The notes beneath the pieces were generated by a model. It was not told the DNA's origin and did not search any database. It worked only from the letters and a program-made list of their open reading frames with translations. Below are positions 37,002 through 46,374 of a stretch of 64,000 nucleotides of DNA, one piece after another; the stretch's first letter is position 1, and every line of letters begins with the position of its first letter. A program made the position numbers and the translations under genes. Source of the DNA: Candidatus Limenecus sp. (lineage in GTDB: Bacteria; Cyanobacteriota; Vampirovibrionia; Gastranaerophilales; Gastranaerophilaceae); the NCBI GenBank assembly GCA_048360435.1, contig DBGCOP010000025.1, positions 8,101-72,100 of the forward strand, in the 5' to 3' direction.

Positions 37002-38378
37002 TCAGAGTTTTTGTGAAACAGCTTCAACCGTCATAGCCAATACATTGTTTGTCTCAAGTTCTTCTTTAATTTTTTCGTAAGAGTAAAGAATGGTCGTGTG
37101 TTTTCTTTCAAAAAAATCGCCGATAGCCGGAAAACTCTGTTTGGTCAGTTCACGACACAGATAAATAGCGACCTGTCTTGCTTCTGCGATTTTTGCGGCA
37201 CGACCTGAGCCTTTTATGTCTTTTGGAGAAATATTGTAATAAGAAGCAACTTCATCAACAATTCCGTCAAAAGAATACGTTTTGAGCTGTTCTTTATAGT
37301 TGATAATCTTTTTCACATTTTCAAGTGTCAACTCTGTCTCATTAATACTTGCATACGCTGTCACACGGTTGAATGCGCCTTCGAGTTCACGAATGTTGCT
37401 TGCATAAACCTGAGCAAGGAATTCAATAATTTTATTCGGAACAGAAATATTTGAATCTCTTGCAAGATTGCTCAAAATAGCCATTCTTGTTTCAATATCG
37501 GGCACCTGAATGTCAGCCATGAGCCCCCATTCAAAACGGCTGACCAGCCTGTCAGAAAGCGAGGGAATTTCTTTCGGTGTTCTGTCTGAAGTCAGAACAA
37601 TCTGTTTGCCCGAGCCGTGAAGAGTGTTGAAGGTATTAAACACCTCTTCTTCTGTTCTTGTTTTTCCGGCAATAAGCTGAATATCATCAATCAAAAGGAC
37701 ATCGCATTCTCTGTATTTTTTGCGAAACTTGTTCATTTTTTTTGTTTTTTCATCACCGCGAGCCAATGCATTCACAACATCATTCACAAACTCTTCGGCA
37801 GTAATAAAAAGCACTTTTAGCTCCGGTCTGTTTTTGATTATGTAATGTCCGATAGCCTGCATAATGTGAGTTTTTCCAAGCCCCGGCCCACCGTAGATGT
37901 ATAGCGGATTGTATTTTTCACCCGGTTTTTGTGCAACTGTCTGCGCTGCAACATAAGCCAGCTTGTTATTTGAACCAACCACAAAGTTTTCGAACTTATA
38001 TTTCAGATTCAAATTTGAGGACTGCATCTGTGTGAGACTGTCATAGTCAGGTCTGTTTTTTTCTTCAGCAACAGCTGCCGAAGCTTTTGACTTTGCTGCT
38101 TTTTTAGAGAACTTTTTCGCAAGTTCTTCATCAAAAACTATCTTAAGTTCCAACTCTTTGCCCAAAACCTTTTTCAAAGCAGCAGTCATTTCGCCGTAGT
38201 GGTTTTTTCTGAGCATACTCGGAGCAAAAGCCTGACCCGTATGCACAACAAAACTGTTTTCATCAAAATATTGAGGTTCTAAAGGAACAATCCACGTCGA
38301 AAAAGTGGAATCGGAAATTTCCTTTTCCAAAACAGACAAAACGTCATTCCAAACTTCAATTATATTTTCCTGACTCAT
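37002..38378 (-). CDS. dnaA: chromosomal replication initiator protein
   Basis: Motifs GGPGLGKTHIMQAIG and LLIDDIQ, sensor motifs, and the C-terminal domain IV (...AEARQVAIYLCRELT). Confidence 0.95.
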   Translation of the reverse strand: MSQENIIEVWNDVLSVLEKEISDSTFSTWIVPLEPQYFDENSFVVHTGQAFAPSMLRKNHYGEMTAALKKVLGKELELKIVFDEELAKKFSKKAAKSKASAAVAEEKNRPDYDSLTQMQSSNLNLKYKFENFVVGSNNKLAYVAAQTVAQKPGEKYNPLYIYGGPGLGKTHIMQAIGHYIIKNRPELKVLFITAEEFVNDVVNALARGDEKTKKMNKFRKKYRECDVLLIDDIQLIAGKTRTEEEVFNTFNTLHGSGKQIVLTSDRTPKEIPSLSDRLVSRFEWGLMADIQVPDIETRMAILSNLARDSNISVPNKIIEFLAQVYASNIRELEGAFNRVTAYASINETELTLENVKKIINYKEQLKTYSFDGIVDEVASYYNISPKDIKGSGRAAKIAEARQVAIYLCRELTKQSFPAIGDFFERKHTTILYSYEKIKEELETNNVLAMTVEAVSQKL

Positions 38379-38405
38379 ATTGAATATGATACAACAAATA
38401 AATCT

Positions 38406-38795
38406 TTATTTGCAAAGGCTGAAAACTCTTGGAAAAGCAGCCCCGTAATCCGCATAATTTCTTCTTGTTTTTTTCACTTCAATTTCTATATTGTCCAGCT
38501 TCAAAAGAGAAATCTGCTCTTTTGTTATATTATCTTTGACTATCCACTTAATCTTCGCCCCGGCAATCTCCAGACCGCAATATTTTGCATAGTGAAAAGT
38601 AGAGCACAAAACACAAATCTTTATAGCATCAATGAGATTAAGACCTGAAATATCAACACTCAGATAAAAACAATCATTTTTTAGGATAAATTCTTTTGTC
38701 TCTTCAATGACGTCAGCTATATCGTCATTGTATCTTTCAATTTTTAGCATAGCTGATTGGGGGGAAATTGAGTCTGCTGAATTTTTGGTAGTCAT
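38406..38795 (-). CDS. hypothetical protein, possibly STAS-like fold
   Basis: 129 aa. The pattern FYLSVDISGLNLIDAIKICVL resembles the STAS / anti-sigma-antagonist core (L.vD.S.l..iDa). This is a weak, motif-level call only. The gene lies 27 nt upstream of dnaA on the same strand. Confidence 0.3.
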   Translation of the reverse strand: MTTKNSADSISPQSAMLKIERYNDDIADVIEETKEFILKNDCFYLSVDISGLNLIDAIKICVLCSTFHYAKYCGLEIAGAKIKWIVKDNITKEQISLLKLDNIEIEVKKTRRNYADYGAAFPRVFSLCK

Positions 38796-38847
38796 AAATC
38801 TCTAATTCTCTAAAAATATACGCCGTAAAAGATAAATTACATTTAAT

Positions 38848-38874
38848 ATATCGGCATATTTTTAAGAAAATTAA
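38848..38874 (-). promoter_or_regulatory. second sigma-28-like element: TTAATTTT-N11-GCCGATAT
   Basis: The minus strand reads CGTTTAATTTTCTTAAAAATATGCCGATATATTAAAT, about 53 nt upstream of the ATG at 38795. The -10 matches the SigD-type GCCGATAT; the -35 matches 6 of 8. Confidence 0.3.
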
Positions 38875-38924
38875 ACGATTAAAATCAAACTCAACCTTTC
38901 GTATGAATTTCAATTTAATTCAAA

Positions 38925-39605
38925 TTACCAGCTGATTTTTCCTTCGCTGATGATTCTGGCAGTGCAAGGCCAGCCGTTTCCTGTATTTTCTTTACAGCCC
39001 GTACTTTTGCAGCCCGGACATCCGCCCATTGGATAAGCCCCCTCGGGAGTGATAACAAAGCCAAAAATATCTACACCAATGGTATTCGGACCTTTAGGAC
39101 CGTTTGTATCAACTTCAAAATGAGCACATCCGTTTTTTATGTATGCGGGATTACCTTCAGAATATTTGCAAATTCCGTCTTTTGTATCACCCTGTCCGAC
39201 AGCCCAGTACATTCCGTCAGCAGTAACAAATGTATACCAGCCTTTTCCGTTTTGAAAATCGTTGTTAGCACTGCCGTTCAATGACAGTGTTGAATATCCT
39301 GTATCAAAACATCCGCCGTTGTTCTTACAGTTTCTCATTACATTCATTTGAGGAATATAATACTGATCCATTACAGAAGCCAGATCATTCCAGGGCAAAA
39401 ATCTAATTGCACCGTTTGTGTTTTGAATAGCCTTTGTTGCATTTGCAACAGTAGAATAAGCTTTTGTAACAACAGATGCCGTAGCTGCTTCTTCAGAAGT
39501 TTTTCTTAAAGCCGGTATGGTCATTGCAGCAACAACTCCGACTATCGCCAGAGTAACAAGAACTTCTGCCAGAGTAAAACCAAATTTTTTATTAGATTTT
39601 TTCAT
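38925..39605 (-). CDS. prepilin-type N-terminal cleavage/methylation domain protein (type IV pilin / pseudopilin-like)
   Basis: N-terminus KKFGFTLAEVLVTLAIVGVVAAMTIP. The body has VDTNGPKGPNTIGVDIFGF and a Cys-rich C-terminus (GGCPGCKSTGCKEN..WPCTARII). Confidence 0.8.
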   Translation of the reverse strand: MKKSNKKFGFTLAEVLVTLAIVGVVAAMTIPALRKTSEEAATASVVTKAYSTVANATKAIQNTNGAIRFLPWNDLASVMDQYYIPQMNVMRNCKNNGGCFDTGYSTLSLNGSANNDFQNGKGWYTFVTADGMYWAVGQGDTKDGICKYSEGNPAYIKNGCAHFEVDTNGPKGPNTIGVDIFGFVITPEGAYPMGGCPGCKSTGCKENTGNGWPCTARIISEGKISW

Positions 39606-39623
39606 ATAAATATCTCACAATTC

Positions 39624-40325
39624 CTACTTTTTGTAAATTCTTTGATCTGCACATGTAGTATAGCTGGCATCATTGTACCACGGCATTTTTCCGTGCTTGA
39701 TAATATAATTTGTACAAGCCCATGTTGAATTTGTATCATGGATACCGTCCCCCATAGGGTTTACACCGTCCGATGAAACAGTAAAGGCGTGGACATCAAC
39801 CCCGACCCTGTTGGGACCCGAAGCTCCGTTAACGTCAACGTGGATAACCCCGTAGATTCTGGAATTTCCCATATCTGTACCATTGCTCCAGTTATATATG
39901 TACCAGCTCATTCCGTCTGTTGTTTTAAAGTAGCTCGGAGGCTGGATAAAAGCCCAGGTATCACCGTCCATTTCATATGTCTGATAACCTGTCCAAGCAT
40001 TGTCAGGAACAACATTCATCACGTTTTTGTAATAGTTATTTATTGTTGCTGTTTGAGACCAGGGCCACAGCTCCAAATCACCCTGAGCCGATTCAACTGC
40101 TGATGTTGCTGACTGTGCCGTCAAATATGCCTTTTGTGTCTGTGCAATGATAGAAGACATATCTGAGTGTTCCTTCATTGCCGGAATTGTCAAAGCAGCT
40201 ATAACACCGACTATTGTCAAAGTCAAAAGCGTTTCCGCAAGGGTAAAAGCTTTTTTACTATCTTTTTTTGTTTTTCCATTATTTTTCAGATGCATATTCT
40301 TACCGCCAAAATTATTCACATACAT
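39624..40325 (-). CDS. prepilin-type N-terminal cleavage/methylation domain protein, paralogue of 38925-39605
   Basis: N-terminus KKAFTLAETLLTLTIVGVIAALTIP. The body has VDVNGASGPNRVGVDVHAF and WACTNYII. The start may instead be the ATG at 40295. Confidence 0.8.
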   Translation of the reverse strand: MYVNNFGGKNMHLKNNGKTKKDSKKAFTLAETLLTLTIVGVIAALTIPAMKEHSDMSSIIAQTQKAYLTAQSATSAVESAQGDLELWPWSQTATINNYYKNVMNVVPDNAWTGYQTYEMDGDTWAFIQPPSYFKTTDGMSWYIYNWSNGTDMGNSRIYGVIHVDVNGASGPNRVGVDVHAFTVSSDGVNPMGDGIHDTNSTWACTNYIIKHGKMPWYNDASYTTCADQRIYKK

Positions 40326-40337
40326 ATTATATGCCCT

Positions 40338-41378
40338 CTAAAGCTTCTCGTCTATCGCTGTTTTTAAAATATTTACAGAAATATCACTAATACACTGATA
40401 ATTTCTCTTGCACTTTTTCTTCAAACCGCAGGGCTGACAGGGCAAATCAGTTTTTATAACAACTGCATCCCTCTCGTGGGCCGCCCATTTTTTTGTATTC
40501 ATCGGACCGTAAATTCCGATTACGGGTACTCCGACAGAAGCAGCAATGTGAAGATTTCCGCTGTCCACTCCGACAAGCAAATCACACAATGCAGTGAAAG
40601 CAAGTGATTCCCTTAAAGAGAAACATCCGCAAAGGTTTACGGGCGGAATCTTTAACTCCGATTGCACAAAAGACATTATCTCTTCATAAGTTTCAGAGTC
40701 ATTCTTTGTACCGTTAAAAAGAACCTGAACACCTTTTTCATTGCTTAAATATTCAACAATCCTTGCCCAATTTTCTTTTGACCATTCTTTTTTACGGTTG
40801 CCGCTTGTCGCATGGACAATGACTTTTTTCACATTACTGTCAGGATTAACACTGTTTATTCTTAAAACATTTTTTACCTTTTCAGTTTCACTGCCTTCTA
40901 TCCAGTTTTCGAGATAATCATCTTTTACTTCAACACCGTCTGCTTTTAATACATCAAGGAAGCAGTCTATTTCGTGTTTGTCCTCAACATAAGGAACTCT
41001 TTTTGTCAAAAGAAAGCCTCTCATCTCTGTGTCAAAACCGACTCTCTCTTTTATACCGGAAGCAAACGCAAGAAAAGCACTGGAGAATGACCGTTTCAAA
41101 ACATAAGCCTTGTCATACTCCCGTTCTCTTAAAAGCTTCACATAAAACCAGAAATCTTTTTTCTCAACGCCCTCTTTGTTTTCATACCTGTGTTTTTTGG
41201 TTGTATCAAAATACAAAAAATTGTCTACATAAGGGCACTTATCAATTATTTCGCCTGACACAGGCGCAACAAGCATATCAATCTGCGCATCAGGGAAAGC
41301 TTCTCTGAGATTTCTCAAAAAAGGCACCGTCAAAAGCGTATCGCCTATAAATCTGTATCTCATAACAAGAATTTTCAT
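40338..41378 (-). CDS. glycosyltransferase family 9 (ADP-heptose:LPS heptosyltransferase-like)
   Basis: N-terminus MKILVMRYRFIGDTLLTVPFLRNLREAFP and C-terminal GVDSGNLHIAASVGVP in 346 aa. Confidence 0.8.
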   Translation of the reverse strand: MKILVMRYRFIGDTLLTVPFLRNLREAFPDAQIDMLVAPVSGEIIDKCPYVDNFLYFDTTKKHRYENKEGVEKKDFWFYVKLLREREYDKAYVLKRSFSSAFLAFASGIKERVGFDTEMRGFLLTKRVPYVEDKHEIDCFLDVLKADGVEVKDDYLENWIEGSETEKVKNVLRINSVNPDSNVKKVIVHATSGNRKKEWSKENWARIVEYLSNEKGVQVLFNGTKNDSETYEEIMSFVQSELKIPPVNLCGCFSLRESLAFTALCDLLVGVDSGNLHIAASVGVPVIGIYGPMNTKKWAAHERDAVVIKTDLPCQPCGLKKKCKRNYQCISDISVNILKTAIDEKL

Positions 41379-42451
41379 TATTCCTCCCCTGCATTCAAAA
41401 GCTCATTAACATCCAAATCCGGTTTGAGTCTCAAAACATAAATATCATCAGTTATTTCAGAAAGCTCTTTAAGCTTCACAGCATCCTTCTCGGTTGTAAT
41501 AAACAAATCAGCTCCGCAGTTTTTCTTCAATTCAGCCAGCTGTCTCAAATCATCATTAGTGTAAATATGATGATCCGGAAAATCTTTTGTTTCAACAACA
41601 TCATAGCGTCTTAAAAGCGAATAGAACTGCTCGGGCTGTCCTATTGCACTAAAAGCAATGACAGAAGGATCATGCTTAAGATTATCATCAAGAGGTGTAT
41701 TATCTTTCAGCCTGTAAACCATATCAGGGACAAGCGAACACACAAAAACAGGCTTTTTATATTTTTGCTGAAGATATCTTGCGTACGTTCTGGCTGACCT
41801 GTCAGTGTAATTTTTGTTTGTCACAACAATCACATCAGCCCTTTTCACCTCCATAACAGACTCTCTCAATGCACCGGCAGGCAAAAGACATCCGTTCGAA
41901 AACTTTTTGTCCGAATCAACAACAAGCACATTCTTATCTCTTGCCAGTTTCTGATGTTGAAACCCGTCATCAAGAACCAGCCTTGAGCATTTAAGCACTT
42001 TATAAGCATACTGCGCTGCTTTCAGACGGCTGGAGCATGTCAAAACACAAGCCCCCTTACAATTTTGTGCAAGCCAAAACGGCTCATCACCCGCCTCCAA
42101 TGAATTAAAGAAGATTTTCTCGCCGTCAGAGATGACATTAACATCTTTGTTCTTCAGTTTTCCGCCGTAACCTCTTGAGAGCACAGCTGTTTTATATCCC
42201 TGTTTAACAAAATAATTCGCAATCTCAGCCGTAATCGGAGTTTTACCTGTTCCGCCCGTTGTGAGATTGCCCACAGAAACAATGTAAGCGTTTGGTTTTT
42301 CTGATTTCAGGATATTTTTTCTGTAAAGAAAATTCCTGACCTTCGTCACACCGAGATACAAGAGCGAAGGAAGGAAAAGACCTGCAAAGACAATTGTGTC
42401 TTGCAGGTTATATTTCTTTTTGTAATGAAATTCCGTCAAAAATACTTTCAT
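41378..42451 (-). CDS. lpxK: tetraacyldisaccharide 4'-kinase
   Basis: P-loop VGNLTTGGTGKTP, followed by SRGYGG and DDGFQH. Confidence 0.85.
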   Translation of the reverse strand: MKVFLTEFHYKKKYNLQDTIVFAGLFLPSLLYLGVTKVRNFLYRKNILKSEKPNAYIVSVGNLTTGGTGKTPITAEIANYFVKQGYKTAVLSRGYGGKLKNKDVNVISDGEKIFFNSLEAGDEPFWLAQNCKGACVLTCSSRLKAAQYAYKVLKCSRLVLDDGFQHQKLARDKNVLVVDSDKKFSNGCLLPAGALRESVMEVKRADVIVVTNKNYTDRSARTYARYLQQKYKKPVFVCSLVPDMVYRLKDNTPLDDNLKHDPSVIAFSAIGQPEQFYSLLRRYDVVETKDFPDHHIYTNDDLRQLAELKKNCGADLFITTEKDAVKLKELSEITDDIYVLRLKPDLDVNELLNAGEE

Positions 42452-42468
42452 AAGAGTGCTCTCCGGCT

Positions 42469-43833
42469 CTAGAACATCAGCCTGAACAGAAGAAATCTCT
42501 TATTCAGTTTTTCAGAGAACTTACGAAGGTTCTTTGAAGTTTCAGAGACGTTGTTGATTGTTTCATTCAACTCGTCTTTTTTGTCCGTAGTCAAGTCGTT
42601 TACCGTTTCGAGAGTACAAGACAGGTCATCAAGAGCCTTGTTGAACTTCGTAACCGTTGTATTGATTTGTGATTTCAACGCAGGATCCTTTGTCATTCCG
42701 TTCACATACTCAGAAATTTCAGAAATATTTTTGCTTGCAATCTGAAGATTTTCAAGCGTTTGTTTAGTTTTCGGATCTTCAAGAACATTGTTCAAGTTCT
42801 TCGACAATCTGTCAATTGATTTTGTTGTAGACATCAGAGTTTCTTTGAAGTCCTTGTCTGAGACAATTTCATTCAAATTGTCAGTCAATGCCATTATCTT
42901 CACAGACATTTTGTCAGTTGTTGCCATTAACGAATCAAGGTCTCCTCTTGAAGAATCAATCAACAGCTGTGTTTTATCCAGAGTAGCATTCGCCTTGATT
43001 GTGAGCAAATCAACGTTAGAAACAATCTGCTTCAAATCCGTTATTACATCATCGCTCATAATAGCCGAGAGTTTTTCATTCGTTTCGGCAAGTGCCATAG
43101 CTGCTCTGTATTGAAGTGTCATAAAATCAGACAGTCTCAAAGGCTCTATAACAGTAAATTTTGATGTTGTTTTAGGATAAGAGATTGCCATTTTTGTATA
43201 AGGTCTGACATAAAGAAGATGTTTCCCGCCCTCAAGTTTGATTTTTCCGGACAATCTTTCAGGAAGCTGAAGTCCCGGAAGAGTAATGATATAAGCAATC
43301 TTGTATGCAAATTCCGTTTTTATTTCTTCTTGAAGATTTATAGGGAGAGTATTAGTTTCAATGATTTCAATTTTTTTAACTTTTCCGACATTGTGAGGTT
43401 TTTCGCTCAAAGTCATCTGAACATTGTCATTTGCATGCAAAACCTGAGATTTTTTGTTAATCGGAAGATATATGGTTCTTAATTTAGGCGGTGTAATTTC
43501 AAGAAATTGCTCGCCTATGATGCCAGATTGCTGAATAGAAATAGAAGAAGCATTCGGAATAGTAATGTTAGGTTCCGTGATTACAAATTTCACCTTCACA
43601 TAGGGGTCGTCAAGGTTTGTCAAAACAGGTGTAATTTCTTCGACCTGACCGATTCTCAAACCCATAAGCTGTACAGCAGAACCCGGTCTCATTCCGTTAA
43701 CATCTTTAAAATCTACCGTGAGCCTTTCACCGGCAGAAAGAGCACGTCCTTTTATCCATAAAATACTGAAAATAAGGATAATCAGTGCTGACAGTGTAAG
43801 TATTCCGACTTTGAATGATGATGAAAAACGCAT
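42469..43833 (-). CDS. mlaD: MCE/MlaD-family protein with a long C-terminal helical extension
   Basis: N-terminal TM and a single MCE domain (VDFKDVNGMRPGSAVQLMGLRIGQVEEI), then ~230 aa of helical, repeat-like sequence. Sits downstream of mlaE and mlaF. Confidence 0.7.
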   Translation of the reverse strand: MRFSSSFKVGILTLSALIILIFSILWIKGRALSAGERLTVDFKDVNGMRPGSAVQLMGLRIGQVEEITPVLTNLDDPYVKVKFVITEPNITIPNASSISIQQSGIIGEQFLEITPPKLRTIYLPINKKSQVLHANDNVQMTLSEKPHNVGKVKKIEIIETNTLPINLQEEIKTEFAYKIAYIITLPGLQLPERLSGKIKLEGGKHLLYVRPYTKMAISYPKTTSKFTVIEPLRLSDFMTLQYRAAMALAETNEKLSAIMSDDVITDLKQIVSNVDLLTIKANATLDKTQLLIDSSRGDLDSLMATTDKMSVKIMALTDNLNEIVSDKDFKETLMSTTKSIDRLSKNLNNVLEDPKTKQTLENLQIASKNISEISEYVNGMTKDPALKSQINTTVTKFNKALDDLSCTLETVNDLTTDKKDELNETINNVSETSKNLRKFSEKLNKRFLLFRLMF

Positions 43834-43838
43834 TATAA

Positions 43839-44606
43839 CTATTCTAATCCTTTATCTTGTGAATCATTTTCAGAGGCTGCATCTTCTGTTCCCGCAACCT
43901 TCATGGGGCCTTCTATACACGCAGTGATAAACTGTTTTGTATATTCATTTCCATTTTCAATCATATCCTGCGGAGTGCCCGAGTATACGATTTTTGTATT
44001 ATATAACATAATAACTTTGTCAGCACACCTTTGAATGGTGGATAATTGGTGGGTGACAATAACAGAAGCAGGGTTAAATTCATTTCTCAATCTGACAATG
44101 TAATCTTCAATCATCGTTGACGACACAGGGTCGAGACCTGCTGTCGGCTCATCATAAAGAATTGTGTTCGGGTTCGTAACAATCGCTCTGGCAAAACTGA
44201 CTCTCTTTTGCATACCGCCTGAAAGTTCATGGGGCATTTTTTCTTCAATCCCCTCAAGCCCGACGAGCTTCAGCTTTTGAGCTACAATCTCTTTGAGCTG
44301 TTCATCTGTATATTTATTTTTAAATTCTTTTCTTTCTTTTAATGCAAAAGCAATATTTTCGAATACGTTCAACGAATCGAACAAAGCTGAATACTGAAAA
44401 ACCATGGCAATATCGCCGGGAGAAACTACAATCTCACCCTTGTCAGGCTTTGTAAGTCCGCAGATGAGTTTTAGAATCGTACTTTTTCCTGCACCGCTCA
44501 ACCCCACGACTGCAAGGATTTCTCCGTCCTCCACCTTGAAAGAAACATCACTCAGAACTGTTTTTCCCTTAAAACTCTTTGTTATATTTTTAACTTCTAT
44601 TGTCAT
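43839..44606 (-). CDS. mlaF: ABC transporter ATP-binding protein (MlaF-like)
   Basis: Walker A GLSGAGKST, signature LSGGMQKR and Walker B ILYDEPTAGLD. Confidence 0.85.
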   Translation of the reverse strand: MTIEVKNITKSFKGKTVLSDVSFKVEDGEILAVVGLSGAGKSTILKLICGLTKPDKGEIVVSPGDIAMVFQYSALFDSLNVFENIAFALKERKEFKNKYTDEQLKEIVAQKLKLVGLEGIEEKMPHELSGGMQKRVSFARAIVTNPNTILYDEPTAGLDPVSSTMIEDYIVRLRNEFNPASVIVTHQLSTIQRCADKVIMLYNTKIVYSGTPQDMIENGNEYTKQFITACIEGPMKVAGTEDAASENDSQDKGLE

Positions 44607-44638
44607 AATTGTTCCTTAGTTTGCTTTTATAAGTTTTT

Positions 44639-45490
44639 TTAAAAGAAAAATAACATTGCAAAAATGTAATCGATTATACAAATCGCAACAAACGACCACA
44701 CAACGGCTTTTGTTGTTGAAATTCCGACTCCTTTTGCGCCTCCGTATGCCAGATAACCGCACGTGCAGCTGATTAACGCAATAGCCGCACCAAAACACGC
44801 TGACTTTGAAAGAGCGACAAATATGTCTTTTACAAAAAGCCCGTGCCACAAAGAACTAATATAGTTGAGCTTGCTCACATGTGCTGAAAGATAAGCGGCA
44901 ACACCGCCGCAAAAAATTCCGAAAGTTGAAGCTATCACAACAACAAACGGCATCATAACAAAGCCTGCTATGACTCTCGGTACAAAAAGATATTGAACGG
45001 GATTCACCTTCAAAACCTTCAAAGCATCAATCTGTTCGGTAACTCTCATTGTTGCAATCTCCGAGGCATAAGCGGAGCCAATCATTGAAATGATTGCAAA
45101 ACCTGCCATAATAGCACCCATTTCACGTGTCGTAACAACCCCCATAAGCGCACCGACATATTTCTCTCCGCCCTGTTTAACCATTTCAGGCGCAACCTGC
45201 ATAGAAATAATAATCGAACACATTCCGACTATCGCAAGCGTAATGGGCAAAGAATCAACCGCAAACCTTGAGCACTGATTAATTATCAGCTTCCATTGAA
45301 ACTCTCTGTTCTTTATATTAAGAAATATAATTTTCAACACCTGAAGCGAGCGAATGCCCATCTCGCCGAGGGTTTCAAAAAAATCCTCAGCCTGTTCAAC
45401 CAGCATTCTGCCCAGAGCATAGGTGGCACTTTGTTTAAATATATGATTAATCATAAGAGTTATTGTATCAAACTTTTTTGGAAATGGCAC
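44639..45490 (-). CDS. mlaE: ABC transporter permease (MlaE-like)
   Basis: 283-aa multi-TM protein with MlaE-type motifs (REMGAIM, EIATMRVTEQIDAL). Confidence 0.85.
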   Translation of the reverse strand: MPFPKKFDTITLMINHIFKQSATYALGRMLVEQAEDFFETLGEMGIRSLQVLKIIFLNIKNREFQWKLIINQCSRFAVDSLPITLAIVGMCSIIISMQVAPEMVKQGGEKYVGALMGVVTTREMGAIMAGFAIISMIGSAYASEIATMRVTEQIDALKVLKVNPVQYLFVPRVIAGFVMMPFVVVIASTFGIFCGGVAAYLSAHVSKLNYISSLWHGLFVKDIFVALSKSACFGAAIALISCTCGYLAYGGAKGVGISTTKAVVWSFVAICIIDYIFAMLFFF

Positions 45491-45595
45491 AGGCTTTTTG
45501 GTCTAGATTTTAAAGTTTGATTAAGAATTGGTCACACCCCGAAAAACACTGTAAAATGTAACAATAGTTGAGTATTTAATAAAATTGGGAAAATA

Positions 45596-46357
45596 ATGAA
45601 AAAATTATCAAACTTTATAAAAGCACTATGTGCAATGATTATCGTCTTTTGCACGAATACAGCCGTACATGCGGCTGTTGCCTTCCCGACAATTTCTGTC
45701 GGAATGACAAATGCAAACACCCCTCAGGAATTTACTCAGGGCGTACAAATCCTCATTCTTTTGACAATTCTGACCCTCGCTCCGAGTATTTTTATCATGT
45801 GCACGGCATTCATAAGAATCATTATCGTGCTGGCTCTGACAAGACAAGCAATCGGAACTTCGACCCTTCCTCCGAATCAGGTGCTTGCAGGTTTGGCTTT
45901 GATTTTGACCTTTTTTGTAATGGCACCGACATTTACAAAAATGAACGATACGGCAATTCAGCCTTATATGAAAAATCAGATTACACAACAGGTTGCACTC
46001 GACAAAGCAATCATTCCGCTTCGTGAATTTATGATTAAACATACAGAGGAAAAAGAACTCGGACTGTTTTTGAGCATGGCAAAAATCGAAAAACCGAAAA
46101 ACTGGCAGGATGTTCCGACTTACACGCTCATTCCGGCTTATGTAATCAGTGAACTAAAAACCTCATTCAAGATAGGTTTTGTCATCTTTCTTCCGTTTCT
46201 TGTCATAGACATTGTTGTTGCGAGTATTCTTGTTTCAATGGGTATGTTATTTTTACCTCCGACAACCGTTGCTATGCCGTTTAAGCTCATTCTTTTTGTA
46301 ATGATTGACGGCTGGTATCTGATTACGAAAACACTTCTTGAAGGATTTATTACATAA
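45596..46357 (+). CDS. fliP: flagellar export apparatus protein FliP
   Basis: Signal peptide, then LTILTLAPSIFIMCTAFIRIIIVLALTRQAIG and GFVIFLPFLVIDIVVASILVSMGM. Confidence 0.93.
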   Translation: MKKLSNFIKALCAMIIVFCTNTAVHAAVAFPTISVGMTNANTPQEFTQGVQILILLTILTLAPSIFIMCTAFIRIIIVLALTRQAIGTSTLPPNQVLAGLALILTFFVMAPTFTKMNDTAIQPYMKNQITQQVALDKAIIPLREFMIKHTEEKELGLFLSMAKIEKPKNWQDVPTYTLIPAYVISELKTSFKIGFVIFLPFLVIDIVVASILVSMGMLFLPPTTVAMPFKLILFVMIDGWYLITKTLLEGFIT

Positions 46358-46374
46358 CTGAAAAAGGAAAATAA

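Noticed and set aside
45511-45518. A perfect TAAAGTTT (sigma-28 -35 block) upstream of fliP.
   Set aside because: No GCCGATAA-like block follows at 11-12 nt. The closest (CCCGAAAA) is 19 nt away, so this is probably chance in AT-rich DNA.
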